A stretch of DNA of 64,000 nucleotides from an uncultured Acidobacteriota bacterium (GCA_963804995.1 CAWDSK010000009.1:192001-256000); one strand, 5' to 3'; shown: positions 10,898 through 20,565, counted from the first letter of the stretch. Notes: a model not told the origin generated them from the sequence alone. Made by a program: numbers and translations.

Positions 10898-11315
10898 AGA
10901 CGCCCAAAAGCACACCACCTCGAAAGCGGAGTTGGACAACATGCGGGAGCTGATTGCCCGCGACCTGGCAGACGCCGCCGTGGCGCGACTCTCTGCGGAT
11001 CGCCGGTTCGCTACCGCCTACAACGCGGCACTCCAGGCGGCAAACATGGCAGTCGCCTGCGCTGGCTACCGAATTACCGCCAAGATTGGGCACCACAAGG
11101 TCTCTCTTGAGAGCGCCGCGCTGGCACTCGGAAAGGGGGCCGCAAGCCTTACAGATTATTTCGAGACTTGCCGGCGCAAGCGCAATCAGATCGACTACAC
11201 GCATTCCCATGTAGCAACGGATACGGAAGCAAAAGAAATCGTAGCGAAAGCAAAAGAGTTCCACGAGTTGGTTGAGAGCTGGATTTCAAAGAATCACCCC
11301 AAGTTCGTGAAATGA
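10869..11315 (+). CDS. HEPN-domain protein (SAV_6107-like), partner of the MNT
   Basis: ARDLADA, FATAYNAALQAA, CRRKRNQIDY; overlaps the MNT gene. Confidence 0.8.
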   Translation: MSWTQLLANKDAQKHTTSKAELDNMRELIARDLADAAVARLSADRRFATAYNAALQAANMAVACAGYRITAKIGHHKVSLESAALALGKGAASLTDYFETCRRKRNQIDYTHSHVATDTEAKEIVAKAKEFHELVESWISKNHPKFVK

Positions 11316-11420
11316 CCGCAGGTCGTAGCTGAAAGTAGCACAGGCACTCCAGCCTGTGAATGCGGCGTGAGGTTCGAGCGTAACGACCCAGCCAGGAGTG
11401 GTTGTGCCACAGCTACGGTT

Positions 11421-11660
11421 TGGCCGGCTGGCGCAGCGCGAGCGCAGCTCGGCTTTTGTAGCGTGGGTGTCCCCACCCGCGTATTCGCAAGAACAATCGC
11501 GGGTGGAGACACCCGCGCTACAACTGGTCCATCGTCATGCCGGACGAATCGTTCCGAGAATAGAATCGGAAGCTTGTTCACAAGATCGGGATTGGAATAT
11601 CGCCGGGCAGGGTCAGACACGGGAATCGCAGGGCTGGGCTCGGTCGGCGCCAGCCGGCCA
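11421..11660. repeat. Nested REP/REPIN elements (GGCTGGCGCAG family around a GTAG-type pair)
   Basis: tggccggctggcgcag...ggcgccagccggcca enclosing gtagcgtgggtgtccccacccgc...gcgggtggagacacccgcgctac. Confidence 0.65.
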
Positions 11661-11842
11661 GGATCGTAGGTCGCCCTTTCGGGGCTCAGGCGGCGAAATG
11701 GTTTGAGCCGCTGGGCTCAGGATGTTGGCCCACCATTAAGATCGGCGGACCTTCGGCCTGGCCTGTGTTAGATAGCTCCCTAGGGGGCCCGACTGCGGCT
11801 CAGCCGCTCTACGTTTGAATCCTCTTGACCTGTCCCCACACC

Positions 11843-12325
11843 TCAGCCTGCGAGCGGTGAGTCCGTGGAGGCAGCGTTAGTGGTCGGATTCACACGGATC
11901 ACTCCGGATTGATCGGTGAGGTAGTACATGGTCCCCATGAAACTGCTCTCCGGATTGGCGTTGAAAGAGTAGCTGGTAATCCGGCCGGACGTATCGGGTG
12001 CCGCAGAAGAGTAAACAAAACTATATCCGCTCTTCAAACCCTGGGCGAGGACGCTGTCAAGCAGACCCGCCGCCGTGGAGGTGGGACCGGCCCCCACCGC
12101 GGGCGGACCCAGAACGGTAAGATTCGGGCTGTACCCCGTACCATAGGTGACGGAATAGGTTGCCTCAGCCGTGTTCATGGTACGCAAGGATTCCACGGCA
12201 GACGACTGGTTTGCCGCGATCCGTGAGCGCATGAAGCTGGGAATGGCGATCGCGGCGATAATCAGGATAACCGCGACCACGATTAAGAGCTCAATCAGTG
12301 AAAAACCTCTGGGACACTTGCTCAT
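11843..12325 (-). CDS. Type IV pilin-like protein (paralogue 1)
   Basis: Class III signal peptide G|FSLIELLIVVAVILIIAAIAIP. Confidence 0.9.
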   Translation of the reverse strand: MSKCPRGFSLIELLIVVAVILIIAAIAIPSFMRSRIAANQSSAVESLRTMNTAEATYSVTYGTGYSPNLTVLGPPAVGAGPTSTAAGLLDSVLAQGLKSGYSFVYSSAAPDTSGRITSYSFNANPESSFMGTMYYLTDQSGVIRVNPTTNAASTDSPLAG

Positions 12326-12480
12326 CGAATCCTCCTCGGCTATCCAGGCTTCCCGCGATAGCCTGAAATGGTTACCTCTTCGCTGTTAGCGACGCGCGAC
12401 GGAGCCCTCCGTAAACCAGCTTGGTCCAAGTATCCCTGTGTGATTTTTACAAGATTAGCGCTTAATTAAAGAGGGGTCAA
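12326..12480 (-). promoter_or_regulatory. Sigma70-type promoter and conserved 5'UTR of pilin 1
   Basis: Minus strand TTGACC-N17-TAATCT; UTR hairpin ggctatc...gatagcc directly before RBS gaggagg. Confidence 0.6.
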
Positions 12481-12763
12481 TCTCTAACCGTGGCTCACCT
12501 TATGGTCAGGTTCCTTCTTTGAACCCAGGTCGGCGTCACCAAGAAGTGCGTAATCCGGCAGCAGGCTGGCGCCCGGCAGCGCCCGCTTGCTGATGCCATA
12601 TTTGTAGCCTCGCGACTAATTGTAAAGAAGTGGGACATGTCCCACATGTTGCTCTCCGCGCACCATAGCGCGCGAGGTCCCACCAACTTTCCCACCTTCA
12701 TACGTTTTTTTCCTATGACTTTTGATCAGCAGTTCCGCCGCGCTATTCTACCGGCCAGAATGA

Positions 12764-14962
12764 TCACGGTCGAATCTGGATGGCGGCGGCGTGATCCGCG
12801 GCCAGTGTCAAGGTGAACTGGACGTGATTCTCCTTGTGCTGGATCTCAACCTTGTGGCCCGACACGAAATCCTTCCCGCGCAGTACCACCTCTCCCGGCC
12901 AGGGAACTTCCGCCGTCACCTGCGTCGCGCGATGCCCCCAATTCAGCAGGTAGATCAGCCGCTCATCCGCACGGCCTCGCGAATGCACTACGCCTTCGAC
13001 CGGTCCGGCAACGGGCGCCGTCGTCACCCGAATCGCCGGCTCGACCCCGGCAGACTTCACAATCGCCCGCAATAAGCTGGTGGTGCCGGGATCATTGGAT
13101 TCGAGCAACGGGATGCCCAGCGAGGATCCCAAGAGAATGGTTTGCCCTTTACCGGTTTGCCGAACGATCACCGCAGGCGTGCCAGTGCTTTCGAAGACGC
13201 CCACGACTTTCCCCTCGCTGCCTTTCTCAAGCTGCAACTCTTCGCGAAAGACGCCGCCCATCATGTGGCCCGGCAGTGTGACGCCCTTCAGCAAACCGGT
13301 CGCCTCCGTAATTCGAATCGGGGATGGAATATGGCTGGCTACGAGGTCATGCCGGCGCGCTCCGAACAGCTTCGCCATGCCGAGGCCAGGATTCACGGGG
13401 TAACCTCGGTCACGTTCGTCGATGATACCGAAGCGCGCGTCAGCAAGCGCCGTACCGCCGCTCGCCACGTAGTCCGTGATTGCCTCGGCCACATTGCTGC
13501 GCATGCAGAGGTAGAAGGGAAAGATCACCAGCTTGTAAGACTTGAGGCTCGCAGCCGTCACCTGCCGCGCGTCGAGCACGTTGATGCGCACCTGGTCTTT
13601 CCACAAGGCGCGATAGATTCCGATCAGATTTCTGGCCGTGAATGAGCCCCAATCGCCCCCGTGCACTTTGGCCTTCAGGTCGCCCATCACATCGTAGACC
13701 ACGGCAACCTGCGCCGGCACCGGCTTACTGTCCAGAAAAAGGTCGGGGTCAGAATTCAGAATCCGCGAGGCGTCCCCTGCAGCCACGGCGCGGCTGGTGA
13801 CGCTGCCGTCAGAGGCGGCCAGTCCGCGGCCGAACGCCTGCCAGTCACCCAGGTGCGGGAGCCATTGCCAGAAATAAATCGCCTTGGAATCATGCGCGAG
13901 GGATTGCCACGTCAAGAGATGAATCTTGTCGTAATTGAAAATCGTCCCCGGCTCGTATCCGTATCGCGTGAATCCCGACCGGGGGCCCGTCTGCACTTCC
14001 ATCAGCACGAAAGGCTTGCCCCCGGTGGCATCGTGGGCGGCGGTCAGCTCCAGACTGGTGGTCCACGGCGTATCCCAGAGAGCTTTCTCTTTCTCCATTA
14101 TCTGCGGTTGATCTTCCGATTCGCGCGCGGGTATATCGGGATAGTAGGAGAGCCCGTATTCATCGACGGCTTTCGCCGTGGTCCAATCATCATTCGCGCT
14201 CACATCCGGCTTAACCACGGTGCTGCCCACGCTGTGAGTGCCGGTGGGGTGCAGGGGATCGATTGACTTCACCAGCTCCGCGAGGTGCTGCACGAGGCGG
14301 GCGGTCGAATCCCACTCGAACTGGATGCGGTCCATCTTGTGGTACTCGTAATTGAAATGCACATCGTTCCATTGCGCGTACCAGGCGTCAGCGCTTCCAT
14401 ACTTCTTCATCCCCCATTCCTCAAACCACTTGTCCGTGTGGGGATCATGCAGGGAGGATTCGAAGCTCGCTTCAACCCAAACATTCCACGCAACCAGAGA
14501 GGGATCGTCCCTAAGGTGCCGGGCGGTCGAGGCCACGTAAGAGTCGACCAGCCCCAGGACTTCCGGGTCGGCGAGCGAAAGCCTGGCCTCCCGCGCCAGG
14601 TTGTCGATAATCGGCGAGGGCGCGCGTTCCGGCCACTTCGCCGCCGCCATGTCCGGAAGCATCGCGGTTCGGAACGGCGTGGGCATCACGCGCAAACCCA
14701 GGCGTTGCGCGGTCTTCTGCACCAGATCAGACTTGGAGAAATCCGGCTCCGCGTGCCCGGGGGTCAGGAGAAAGGGGGGATACGGATTGATGGCCTTGAT
14801 GCCGGTCGCGGCGATGGTTTCCAAATCGCGGACGATCTGTGCATCGCTCGTCCAAGCGTAGTAAACATAAACGGTCCCGACCTCGTACACCCGTTGGCCA
14901 GCCCACGCGCCCACCGTCGAGAGCATCAGTACGATCAGCATGCCTGCCAGAGATCGTCTCAT
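12764..14962 (-). CDS. Secreted GH42-like beta-galactosidase with trimerization domain
   Basis: Signal peptide; WNVWVE, YYP, KPFVLMEVQTG, YFWQW, AQVAVVYD, YKLVIFP. Confidence 0.75.
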   Translation of the reverse strand: MRRSLAGMLIVLMLSTVGAWAGQRVYEVGTVYVYYAWTSDAQIVRDLETIAATGIKAINPYPPFLLTPGHAEPDFSKSDLVQKTAQRLGLRVMPTPFRTAMLPDMAAAKWPERAPSPIIDNLAREARLSLADPEVLGLVDSYVASTARHLRDDPSLVAWNVWVEASFESSLHDPHTDKWFEEWGMKKYGSADAWYAQWNDVHFNYEYHKMDRIQFEWDSTARLVQHLAELVKSIDPLHPTGTHSVGSTVVKPDVSANDDWTTAKAVDEYGLSYYPDIPARESEDQPQIMEKEKALWDTPWTTSLELTAAHDATGGKPFVLMEVQTGPRSGFTRYGYEPGTIFNYDKIHLLTWQSLAHDSKAIYFWQWLPHLGDWQAFGRGLAASDGSVTSRAVAAGDASRILNSDPDLFLDSKPVPAQVAVVYDVMGDLKAKVHGGDWGSFTARNLIGIYRALWKDQVRINVLDARQVTAASLKSYKLVIFPFYLCMRSNVAEAITDYVASGGTALADARFGIIDERDRGYPVNPGLGMAKLFGARRHDLVASHIPSPIRITEATGLLKGVTLPGHMMGGVFREELQLEKGSEGKVVGVFESTGTPAVIVRQTGKGQTILLGSSLGIPLLESNDPGTTSLLRAIVKSAGVEPAIRVTTAPVAGPVEGVVHSRGRADERLIYLLNWGHRATQVTAEVPWPGEVVLRGKDFVSGHKVEIQHKENHVQFTLTLAADHAAAIQIRP

Positions 14963-15065
14963 GGGGTTTCCTCTCAAGAACTGCCTCCTGGGGATTTAGG
15001 CGCCTTCGGCCCGCGAATCTCGATTGGCTTGGTCAGCAAACCTATGGCCCAGGACAGCACTGGCG

Positions 15066-16361
15066 TTACCACTTCGAGGAGATCCCCGGAACGAGAATGT
15101 CAGACAGCGCATATCCACTAAGACTGGTTACTGCGTCCCAAGCCTCGCATCCCGGGATGGGAGGAGCGCCCACGTTCAGCAGTCCAAACGCCTTGGCCTC
15201 TTCCCGATTCAGAAGGAACCGGTCAAATTTGCGCACGGCGCTCGCGATGCGCGGGTCCTTATCAACCTGCTCGTAGTACCAAATCAAAAAGTTCGCGATC
15301 CCCGGGCTTCGGGTCGGGTCAAAAACGGCATCGCACTTCGATTTGGTGCGGGGGTTCCGGATGCCCCAGCTCCCGTTGGCGCTTTGGGTTCGCAGCAGCC
15401 ATTCGATGTGGGGTCTGATTTCCCTGCGGAGGTCTGCTTTCCACTCCGCCTGGTCGCAATGCAAATCGAAGGAGAGAAGACCTTCGCCGAGATAGGCGGA
15501 GTTTAAGAAAGGCAGCCGGTCCCACAGGTTAAAGTCATTCACGGGGTCGCCTTGCTTCTCCCAGAAAATACCCTCGGCCCCCGCCACGTACGGGATGACC
15601 CCGTCCTTCCGCATGGTAGTTAAGACCCAGCGCAGCGCGTTGTACGCCACCTGGCGATATTTGTCTTCGTGGGTTACGTAATACATCCACGTAAAGCCCT
15701 CTCCGCCCGTCAAGCATGCGGCCGTGGTGTAGGCATCGGGTCGCAGGACGGTCATTGCCTCGGGATCCGGACCGCCTGAAGGTGCGCAGTGAGCATCGCC
15801 CGGAGTGGTGCAGTTGGTTGCCCACCCATAGCCCAGAGCGCCGGAGGAAAGGATCAGCTTATCCTTCTCGATCGCCTGGAAGTAGCGATGTACAGCGGAA
15901 ACGTATTTTTCCTGGCGGTCTTTGTCCACATGCTTGTAGAGCACGCTCAACAACCCCAGGGCGCTGCCCGTGTCGGCAAGCTCAATGCCGCCGTAACCGG
16001 TCAGCCAGTAACCCTGGGGATTTTGTTCCTTCAACCAGGCGTCCGCCCACGCGACGGCCGCGTCAAGATAGCGCCTCTCGCCGAGAATTTCGTAACCGGC
16101 AACCAGCGTGCGCATGTAGTATCCCGTGATAAAGATGGCGGTCGTGGTCTTGCCATTTTCGACCATGGCAGGTCCCGACCGCTTGTTCGTAACGATGTAA
16201 TCGCAGAGCTGCTTAAAGAACTCCCGGGTCTGTGTACATTCGGAATCGGCGCAGAAAGGAGTGCCCATCGAGGCAGGCGCCGCCGACAAGAGTACGGGGA
16301 ACAGCAGCAACATGCAGAAACTACCCGAAAAACGACGGAAGAATCGCATGACCAGTTTCAT
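15066..16361 (-). CDS. Secreted hypothetical protein, probably an (alpha/alpha)6-barrel glycosidase-like fold
   Basis: Signal peptide; repeated helical motifs YEILGERRYLDAA, YYVTHEDKYRQVA, WLLRTQSANGSW. Confidence 0.5.
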   Translation of the reverse strand: MKLVMRFFRRFSGSFCMLLLFPVLLSAAPASMGTPFCADSECTQTREFFKQLCDYIVTNKRSGPAMVENGKTTTAIFITGYYMRTLVAGYEILGERRYLDAAVAWADAWLKEQNPQGYWLTGYGGIELADTGSALGLLSVLYKHVDKDRQEKYVSAVHRYFQAIEKDKLILSSGALGYGWATNCTTPGDAHCAPSGGPDPEAMTVLRPDAYTTAACLTGGEGFTWMYYVTHEDKYRQVAYNALRWVLTTMRKDGVIPYVAGAEGIFWEKQGDPVNDFNLWDRLPFLNSAYLGEGLLSFDLHCDQAEWKADLRREIRPHIEWLLRTQSANGSWGIRNPRTKSKCDAVFDPTRSPGIANFLIWYYEQVDKDPRIASAVRKFDRFLLNREEAKAFGLLNVGAPPIPGCEAWDAVTSLSGYALSDILVPGISSKW

Positions 16362-16387
16362 TTCTCACCTCGGATTGAAGAGATACT

Positions 16388-16443
16388 TCAGTGGTGATGA
16401 ATTGCGGTTGGCCCGGGCTGAAAGTGCGCTTGTAGAACACCAT
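16388..16443 (-). pseudogene. 5' remnant of a REP-associated tyrosine transposase (RAYT/IS200-like)
   Basis: MVFYKRTFSPGQPQFITT resembles RAYT N-termini; GTAG REP gtagggccggggcctgccccggcc just upstream (16550-16573, minus). Confidence 0.5.
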
Positions 16444-16618
16444 GCTGCGGAGAGTATACGCGCGACATTGCCTCGCTGGAAGAGTGTACCTTCGGGACAC
16501 CTGGCGAGCAGTTTGTTTCGGGGGCAGGGCCGACGTTTGCGTCAATGCTGGCCGGGGCAGGCCCCGGCCCTACAAAACCGCGGAATATCCACCTTGCCCG
16601 TTGCCTGGTCCCCAAAAC

Positions 16619-17101
16619 TCAGGCGGCGAGCGGTGAGTCCGTGGAGCTAGCGGCTGTGGTCGCATTCACACGAATCACTCCCGATTGATCGGTAAAGTAA
16701 TAATTGGTCCCGTTGGAACTGCTGGCCGGACTGGCGTTAAAGGAATAGCTGTTAATCCGGCCGGACGTATCGGGGGCCGCGGTCGAGTAAACAAAACTGT
16801 AGCCGCTCTTCGCGCCCTGATCCAGAACGCTGTCGATCAGGCCCGCCGCGGTGGACGATGCTGCGGCCCCGGCAGCGGGCGGACCCAGCAAGACAAGACT
16901 TGTACTGTACCCCGTAGCATAGGTGACCGAATAGGTCACCTCAGCCGTGTTCAGGGTGCGTAAGGATTCCACGGCTGACGCCTGGTTTGCCGCTATACGT
17001 GAACGCATAAAGTTGGGAATTGCTATAGCAGCAATAACCAGGATAATCGCCACCACAATCAAGAGCTCGATCAGTGAAAACCCTTTGGCACACTTGCTCA
17101 T
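16619..17101 (-). CDS. Type IV pilin-like protein (paralogue 2)
   Basis: G|FSLIELLIVVAIILVIAAIAIP; same 160-aa length as, and colinear with, paralogue 1. Confidence 0.9.
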   Translation of the reverse strand: MSKCAKGFSLIELLIVVAIILVIAAIAIPNFMRSRIAANQASAVESLRTLNTAEVTYSVTYATGYSTSLVLLGPPAAGAAASSTAAGLIDSVLDQGAKSGYSFVYSTAAPDTSGRINSYSFNASPASSSNGTNYYFTDQSGVIRVNATTAASSTDSPLAA

Positions 17102-17255
17102 TCCATCCTCCTCGGCTATTTGGGGCTCCACCGATAGCCTGAAATGGTCACCTCTACGCTGTTAGCCACACACGATGGTGCTCTTCGTAAACCAGCTATC
17201 TCTAAATGTGCCTGTGCGATTTTTACTATTGTGGCAATTAATGGAGGGTACGTCA
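17102..17255 (-). promoter_or_regulatory. Sigma70-type promoter and conserved 5'UTR of pilin 2
   Basis: Minus strand TTGACG-N17-CACAAT; UTR homologous to 12326-12450. Confidence 0.6.
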
Positions 17256-18401
17256 ATATTTAATCGAGTGCCGCCTCAGGATCGGGGGCCGCGTTTTTGG
17301 GCCGGCTGGCGCAGGGCGAGCGCAGCCCTGCGATTCTAGTGCGGGCTGATGACGTGAATCGCCCCGACTGGTCGGGGCGCCAACCTGCGGGCTGTCGGCA
17401 TTTCTGAGAGTTAGGTTAACGCCTATGCCCACGAGAGGTGCCCCTACGAGACACGTTGCTTGCGGCTCTGCCACGCGCTTTGCCTTAATCAGAGCCTCGA
17501 GATTCTGCACGGCTTCGGCTTCCGATTTGGCTTTGAGCGCGCGCTCGATCGCCTCGACCGTCGGCTTAAGCTCCCTACCCTCTGCCACGTAGAGGTCATA
17601 CATGAGCGGATAATACTTCGTATAGGTCTCATCAAAGGCGAGCCCGGCGTTGTTGTTGGCCGACAGGCACGCGTTGAAGGACGTGGGAGCGGGCCCGATG
17701 GCCTTGCATGCCTGCTGAATCTCCTCAAAACTTTGGCGCTTTTGGAGGAGCGCGTCCTGCTCAGAAATCCGGCTGGCGCGCGCGGCAGCATACAACTGGC
17801 TTAATTGGGCATGATAGCGATTTACGATTTCCGCCTTGCGCGCGAAGAGTTCCGGTTCGCGCTGCAGGTTCTGATAGACCTGGGAATTCTCCCCAAATTT
17901 CTGTTGCGCGACCTCCCGGGCGGTGAGAAAACCGATCAAAGTCGACGCCGCCTCGCTCAAACTGGCGGGCAGCTTGCCGAACTCCATACTGGCGTGGAAA
18001 TCCTCGTGCGGCACCACCACCAGGAAGCGCTCTGTGGATTCCTTTGCCAGCGAGGTGGAGACCGGCGTCTTGCCGCTGCCGCTCGCTTCCAAGGGATAAA
18101 AGAAGACATCATACTTTTCGGCATCCAGCGGACAGCCCGACTTCGTTCCCTCGCGCAGTTGCAGCTTCTCGTAAGAGTCCGGCAGTTCGAGCTTGCCGGT
18201 GAAGTAGCAGCGATAAGCGACCGCCAATTCATTTGAATTCTTGTGGAAGTTCTTCGTCCGGCGGAAGCCCAGCTTCTTTTCCAAACTCTTGACGGCGCTG
18301 ACCAGGTCTTGGCGGTCGGCGGTAGTGGGATTTTGCGGCGTTTCGGTGGCAGCCGCACGACTTGCGAGCAACGCAACGAGGACGAGGGTAAATGCTGGCA
18401 T
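17253..18401 (-). CDS. Secreted putative zinc aminopeptidase (gluzincin-like)
   Basis: Signal peptide; HEDFH (HExxH) plus LSEAAST third-ligand motif, NNAGL; the last ~65 codons run through REP repeats. Confidence 0.6.
   Translation of the reverse strand: MPAFTLVLVALLASRAAATETPQNPTTADRQDLVSAVKSLEKKLGFRRTKNFHKNSNELAVAYRCYFTGKLELPDSYEKLQLREGTKSGCPLDAEKYDVFFYPLEASGSGKTPVSTSLAKESTERFLVVVPHEDFHASMEFGKLPASLSEAASTLIGFLTAREVAQQKFGENSQVYQNLQREPELFARKAEIVNRYHAQLSQLYAAARASRISEQDALLQKRQSFEEIQQACKAIGPAPTSFNACLSANNNAGLAFDETYTKYYPLMYDLYVAEGRELKPTVEAIERALKAKSEAEAVQNLEALIKAKRVAEPQATCLVGAPLVGIGVNLTLRNADSPQVGAPTSRGDSRHQPALESQGCARPAPAGPKTRPPILRRHSIKY
17300..17445. repeat. REPIN (GGCTGGCGCAG family) plus a GTAG REP
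   Basis: ggctggcgcagggcgagcgcagccctgcgattct...gacgtgaatcgc; related copies at 44108-44238, 61101-61138, 63068-63152 and 63961-63992. Confidence 0.75.
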
Positions 18402-18612
18402 GACGTCCCGCACGTGCCGCGCCCTTCCTGGTCCGCGGTAATAAATCCGGATCGATTTCACACCTTCATTGTAAACGCATTTTCCGCGGCGGGAGGTAGC
18501 ACCTGTAGCGCGGACCTCCTCTCTTTCACTATTATGTCGCACACCCCATGATTAGATTGAAGTGTACATACGATCCCGCTATAATATATATACAAAGGCT
18601 GAGGGCCTGCAT

Positions 18613-18801
18613 ATGGCGGTGACACTGACATCGATAAGACTGGATACCCATCTGGCGGACGAAGCCCGAAAAGTTCTCGGCGTGAAATCCCGTACGGAGG
18701 CGGTGCATGTAGCGCTCCGGGAGATTGTGGCGCGGAAGCGATTCCAGGCCTTGATGAGGAAGCACGCGGGAAAGCTCTCCTTCGCGGGCCACGGTGAGTA
18801 A
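18613..18801 (+). CDS. vapB: VapB-family antitoxin
   Basis: TSIRLDTHLADEARKVLGVKSRTEAVHVALREIV. Confidence 0.85.
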   Translation: MAVTLTSIRLDTHLADEARKVLGVKSRTEAVHVALREIVARKRFQALMRKHAGKLSFAGHGE

Positions 18802-19201
18802 CCTCGTCATCTTCGACACTTCGATCTTTATCGATCACCTGCGCACCGGACGTCATCAGCAGCGGATCGATTCTCTGACCGGTCTCATCCGAACTTCTTC
18901 CGTAGTTTTGGCGGAATTGTGGCGTGGCGCTACGGAACCGGCGGAGCGGGAGTTCCTGCGAGCCTTGGAGAAGAACCATCGCATCCTGACGCCCACGGAA
19001 AATAATTGGCTGGAGTCTGGCCGGCTGCTGGGGCAAATCTACGCCGCTAAAGGCTTCACGCCAGACAAGCTGCGCGATTTGCATTTCGATGTGCTCATCG
19101 CGCTGACCGCGCGGTCTCACGGCGCGCGCCTCGTCACCTCCGACCGCGCCGATTTTGAAATGATCAACGCCTACCGGAAATTTCAAATGGAAATATGGTA
19201 A
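18794..19201 (+). CDS. vapC: VapC-family PIN toxin
   Basis: IFDTSIFID, VVLAELWRG, FDVLIALTA, LVTSDRADF. Confidence 0.9.
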   Translation: MSNLVIFDTSIFIDHLRTGRHQQRIDSLTGLIRTSSVVLAELWRGATEPAEREFLRALEKNHRILTPTENNWLESGRLLGQIYAAKGFTPDKLRDLHFDVLIALTARSHGARLVTSDRADFEMINAYRKFQMEIW

Positions 19202-19313
19202 CCCCGGTATCCTTACCGTTGAGTACGACCGCGCGTTGGGGGCAGCCCTATGGAGGACATTGACCCGCGCTTTTTCCTCTTTCAATTTCTACTCTTTGCT
19301 TGCAGAATAGCAC

Positions 19314-19574
19314 TTGATGAGAGCACATGAGGAGTACAACTTTACGGTTCTCTACGAACCCGCCGAGGAAGGAGGCTACGTGGTGAAATGCCCCGCCCTT
19401 CCGGGTTTGGTAACGGAAGGGGACACGCTGGAACAAGCGCGAGCCATGGCCGAAGATGCCATCCGTGGTTACCTCGAAAGCCTCCGCAAGGATGGCCTCC
19501 CCGTTCCTGAGGATAAGAAATTGACCTTGCAACCCGTCAAGGAAGAGGTCAAGGTAGTCCTCGAAGTGGCATGA
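19314..19574 (+). CDS. hicB: HicB-family antitoxin
   Basis: EEGGYVVKCPALPGLVTEGDTLEQARAMAEDAI. Confidence 0.9.
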   Translation: MMRAHEEYNFTVLYEPAEEGGYVVKCPALPGLVTEGDTLEQARAMAEDAIRGYLESLRKDGLPVPEDKKLTLQPVKEEVKVVLEVA

Positions 19575-19801
19575 GCCAACGCTTGCCTTCCCTTAAGCCT
19601 CGCGAGGTTCTTCACGCCCTAAAGAGAGCTGGATTCTTTGTTCACCACATCTCCGGGAGCCATTACATTCTGAAACATCCTGACCACCCTGCCCGCAGAG
19701 TTACTCTCCCCTTTCACAACAAAGATCTTAAACGCGGAACACTGCTGGCAATCATCGACGAGGCCGATCTAACTGCCGACGGGTTCATGAAATTCCTCTG
19801 A
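19571..19801 (+). CDS. hicA: HicA-family toxin
   Basis: LKRAGF..HISGSHYILKH...VTLPFH.KDLKRGTL. Confidence 0.9.
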   Translation: MSQRLPSLKPREVLHALKRAGFFVHHISGSHYILKHPDHPARRVTLPFHNKDLKRGTLLAIIDEADLTADGFMKFL

Positions 19802-19973
19802 GGGCGATGGTCGTCGATGGGCCGCCCCGATACATCGGGGCGCCACCCGCGATTTATGAGGATTAGAGTCAGACGGGCCGGTGCAATGATGAGAAAAGCC
19901 CACGGTCATTAGTGCATTGACCGTGGCTACCCCGCTCCGACACGCCAGCCGGGAAAACGGGACCTCGCTACGT

Positions 19974-20321
19974 TTACCGGTGCGCTTTGATCTCGTCGTA
20001 AACAATGATGGAAATCACGACGAGGACCCAGACGGGGAAGACTCCCATTCCCGGAATAGCTTCCACGATCAGCCCGGGCAGCAGGGCCCACCTGCGGCCC
20101 AGGATCAGGAACAGCAGGCCTGCCGTTCCCAGGTCAATCGCCCACTGAATCGGGGGGACGAACTCAGTCCACATGGATAAGAAATCCGAGATGGCAGCCA
20201 CGCCAAAAGCGATGGCAAATCTGGCGCGGGAGGGACGCTTGATTGGAACCAGCTCCTGCCCGGTGCTGACCACGACGGGCCGATTTTCGGTTTTCGTCAA
20301 TTTGGTGTCGGCTGCACTCAT
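19974..20321 (-). CDS. Hypothetical membrane protein
   Basis: RBS-like gagaag; hydrophobic helices, AISD...IDL...EAIPG..VFP.W. Confidence 0.65.
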   Translation of the reverse strand: MSAADTKLTKTENRPVVVSTGQELVPIKRPSRARFAIAFGVAAISDFLSMWTEFVPPIQWAIDLGTAGLLFLILGRRWALLPGLIVEAIPGMGVFPVWVLVVISIIVYDEIKAHR

Positions 20322-20411
20322 GGATTCTTCTCGAACCCCATCGTGCCACGATCGCGCCCCATCCGCAAGAGAAGCGGGGTTAGCGTTCGGGTGCGGCATC
20401 ATCTGGACCAC

Positions 20412-20565
20412 TGTGCGCAGCACCTTGGACTGCGGCGGCTCAACGCCGCCTTGGAATCGAATGTCGCCCGAACACATCGGCAATCGTTCAAGCTGGGTGG
20501 AAGTATCGTATCAGATGGGGGGGGAAGGCGGCGTCGAGCCGCCGCAGTCCAAGGTGCTGCGCACA
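20412..20565. repeat. Inverted REP pair (GTGCGCAGCACCTTGGACTGCGGCGG family)
   Basis: tgtgcgcagcaccttggactgcggcggctcaacgccgcc ... ggcggcgtcgagccgccgcagtccaaggtgctgcgcaca. Confidence 0.8.

Noticed and set aside
12326..12450. c-di-GMP riboswitch before the pilins
   Set aside because: The GEMM GCAAA/GNRA-receptor pattern is not seen; kept only as an unknown leader candidate.
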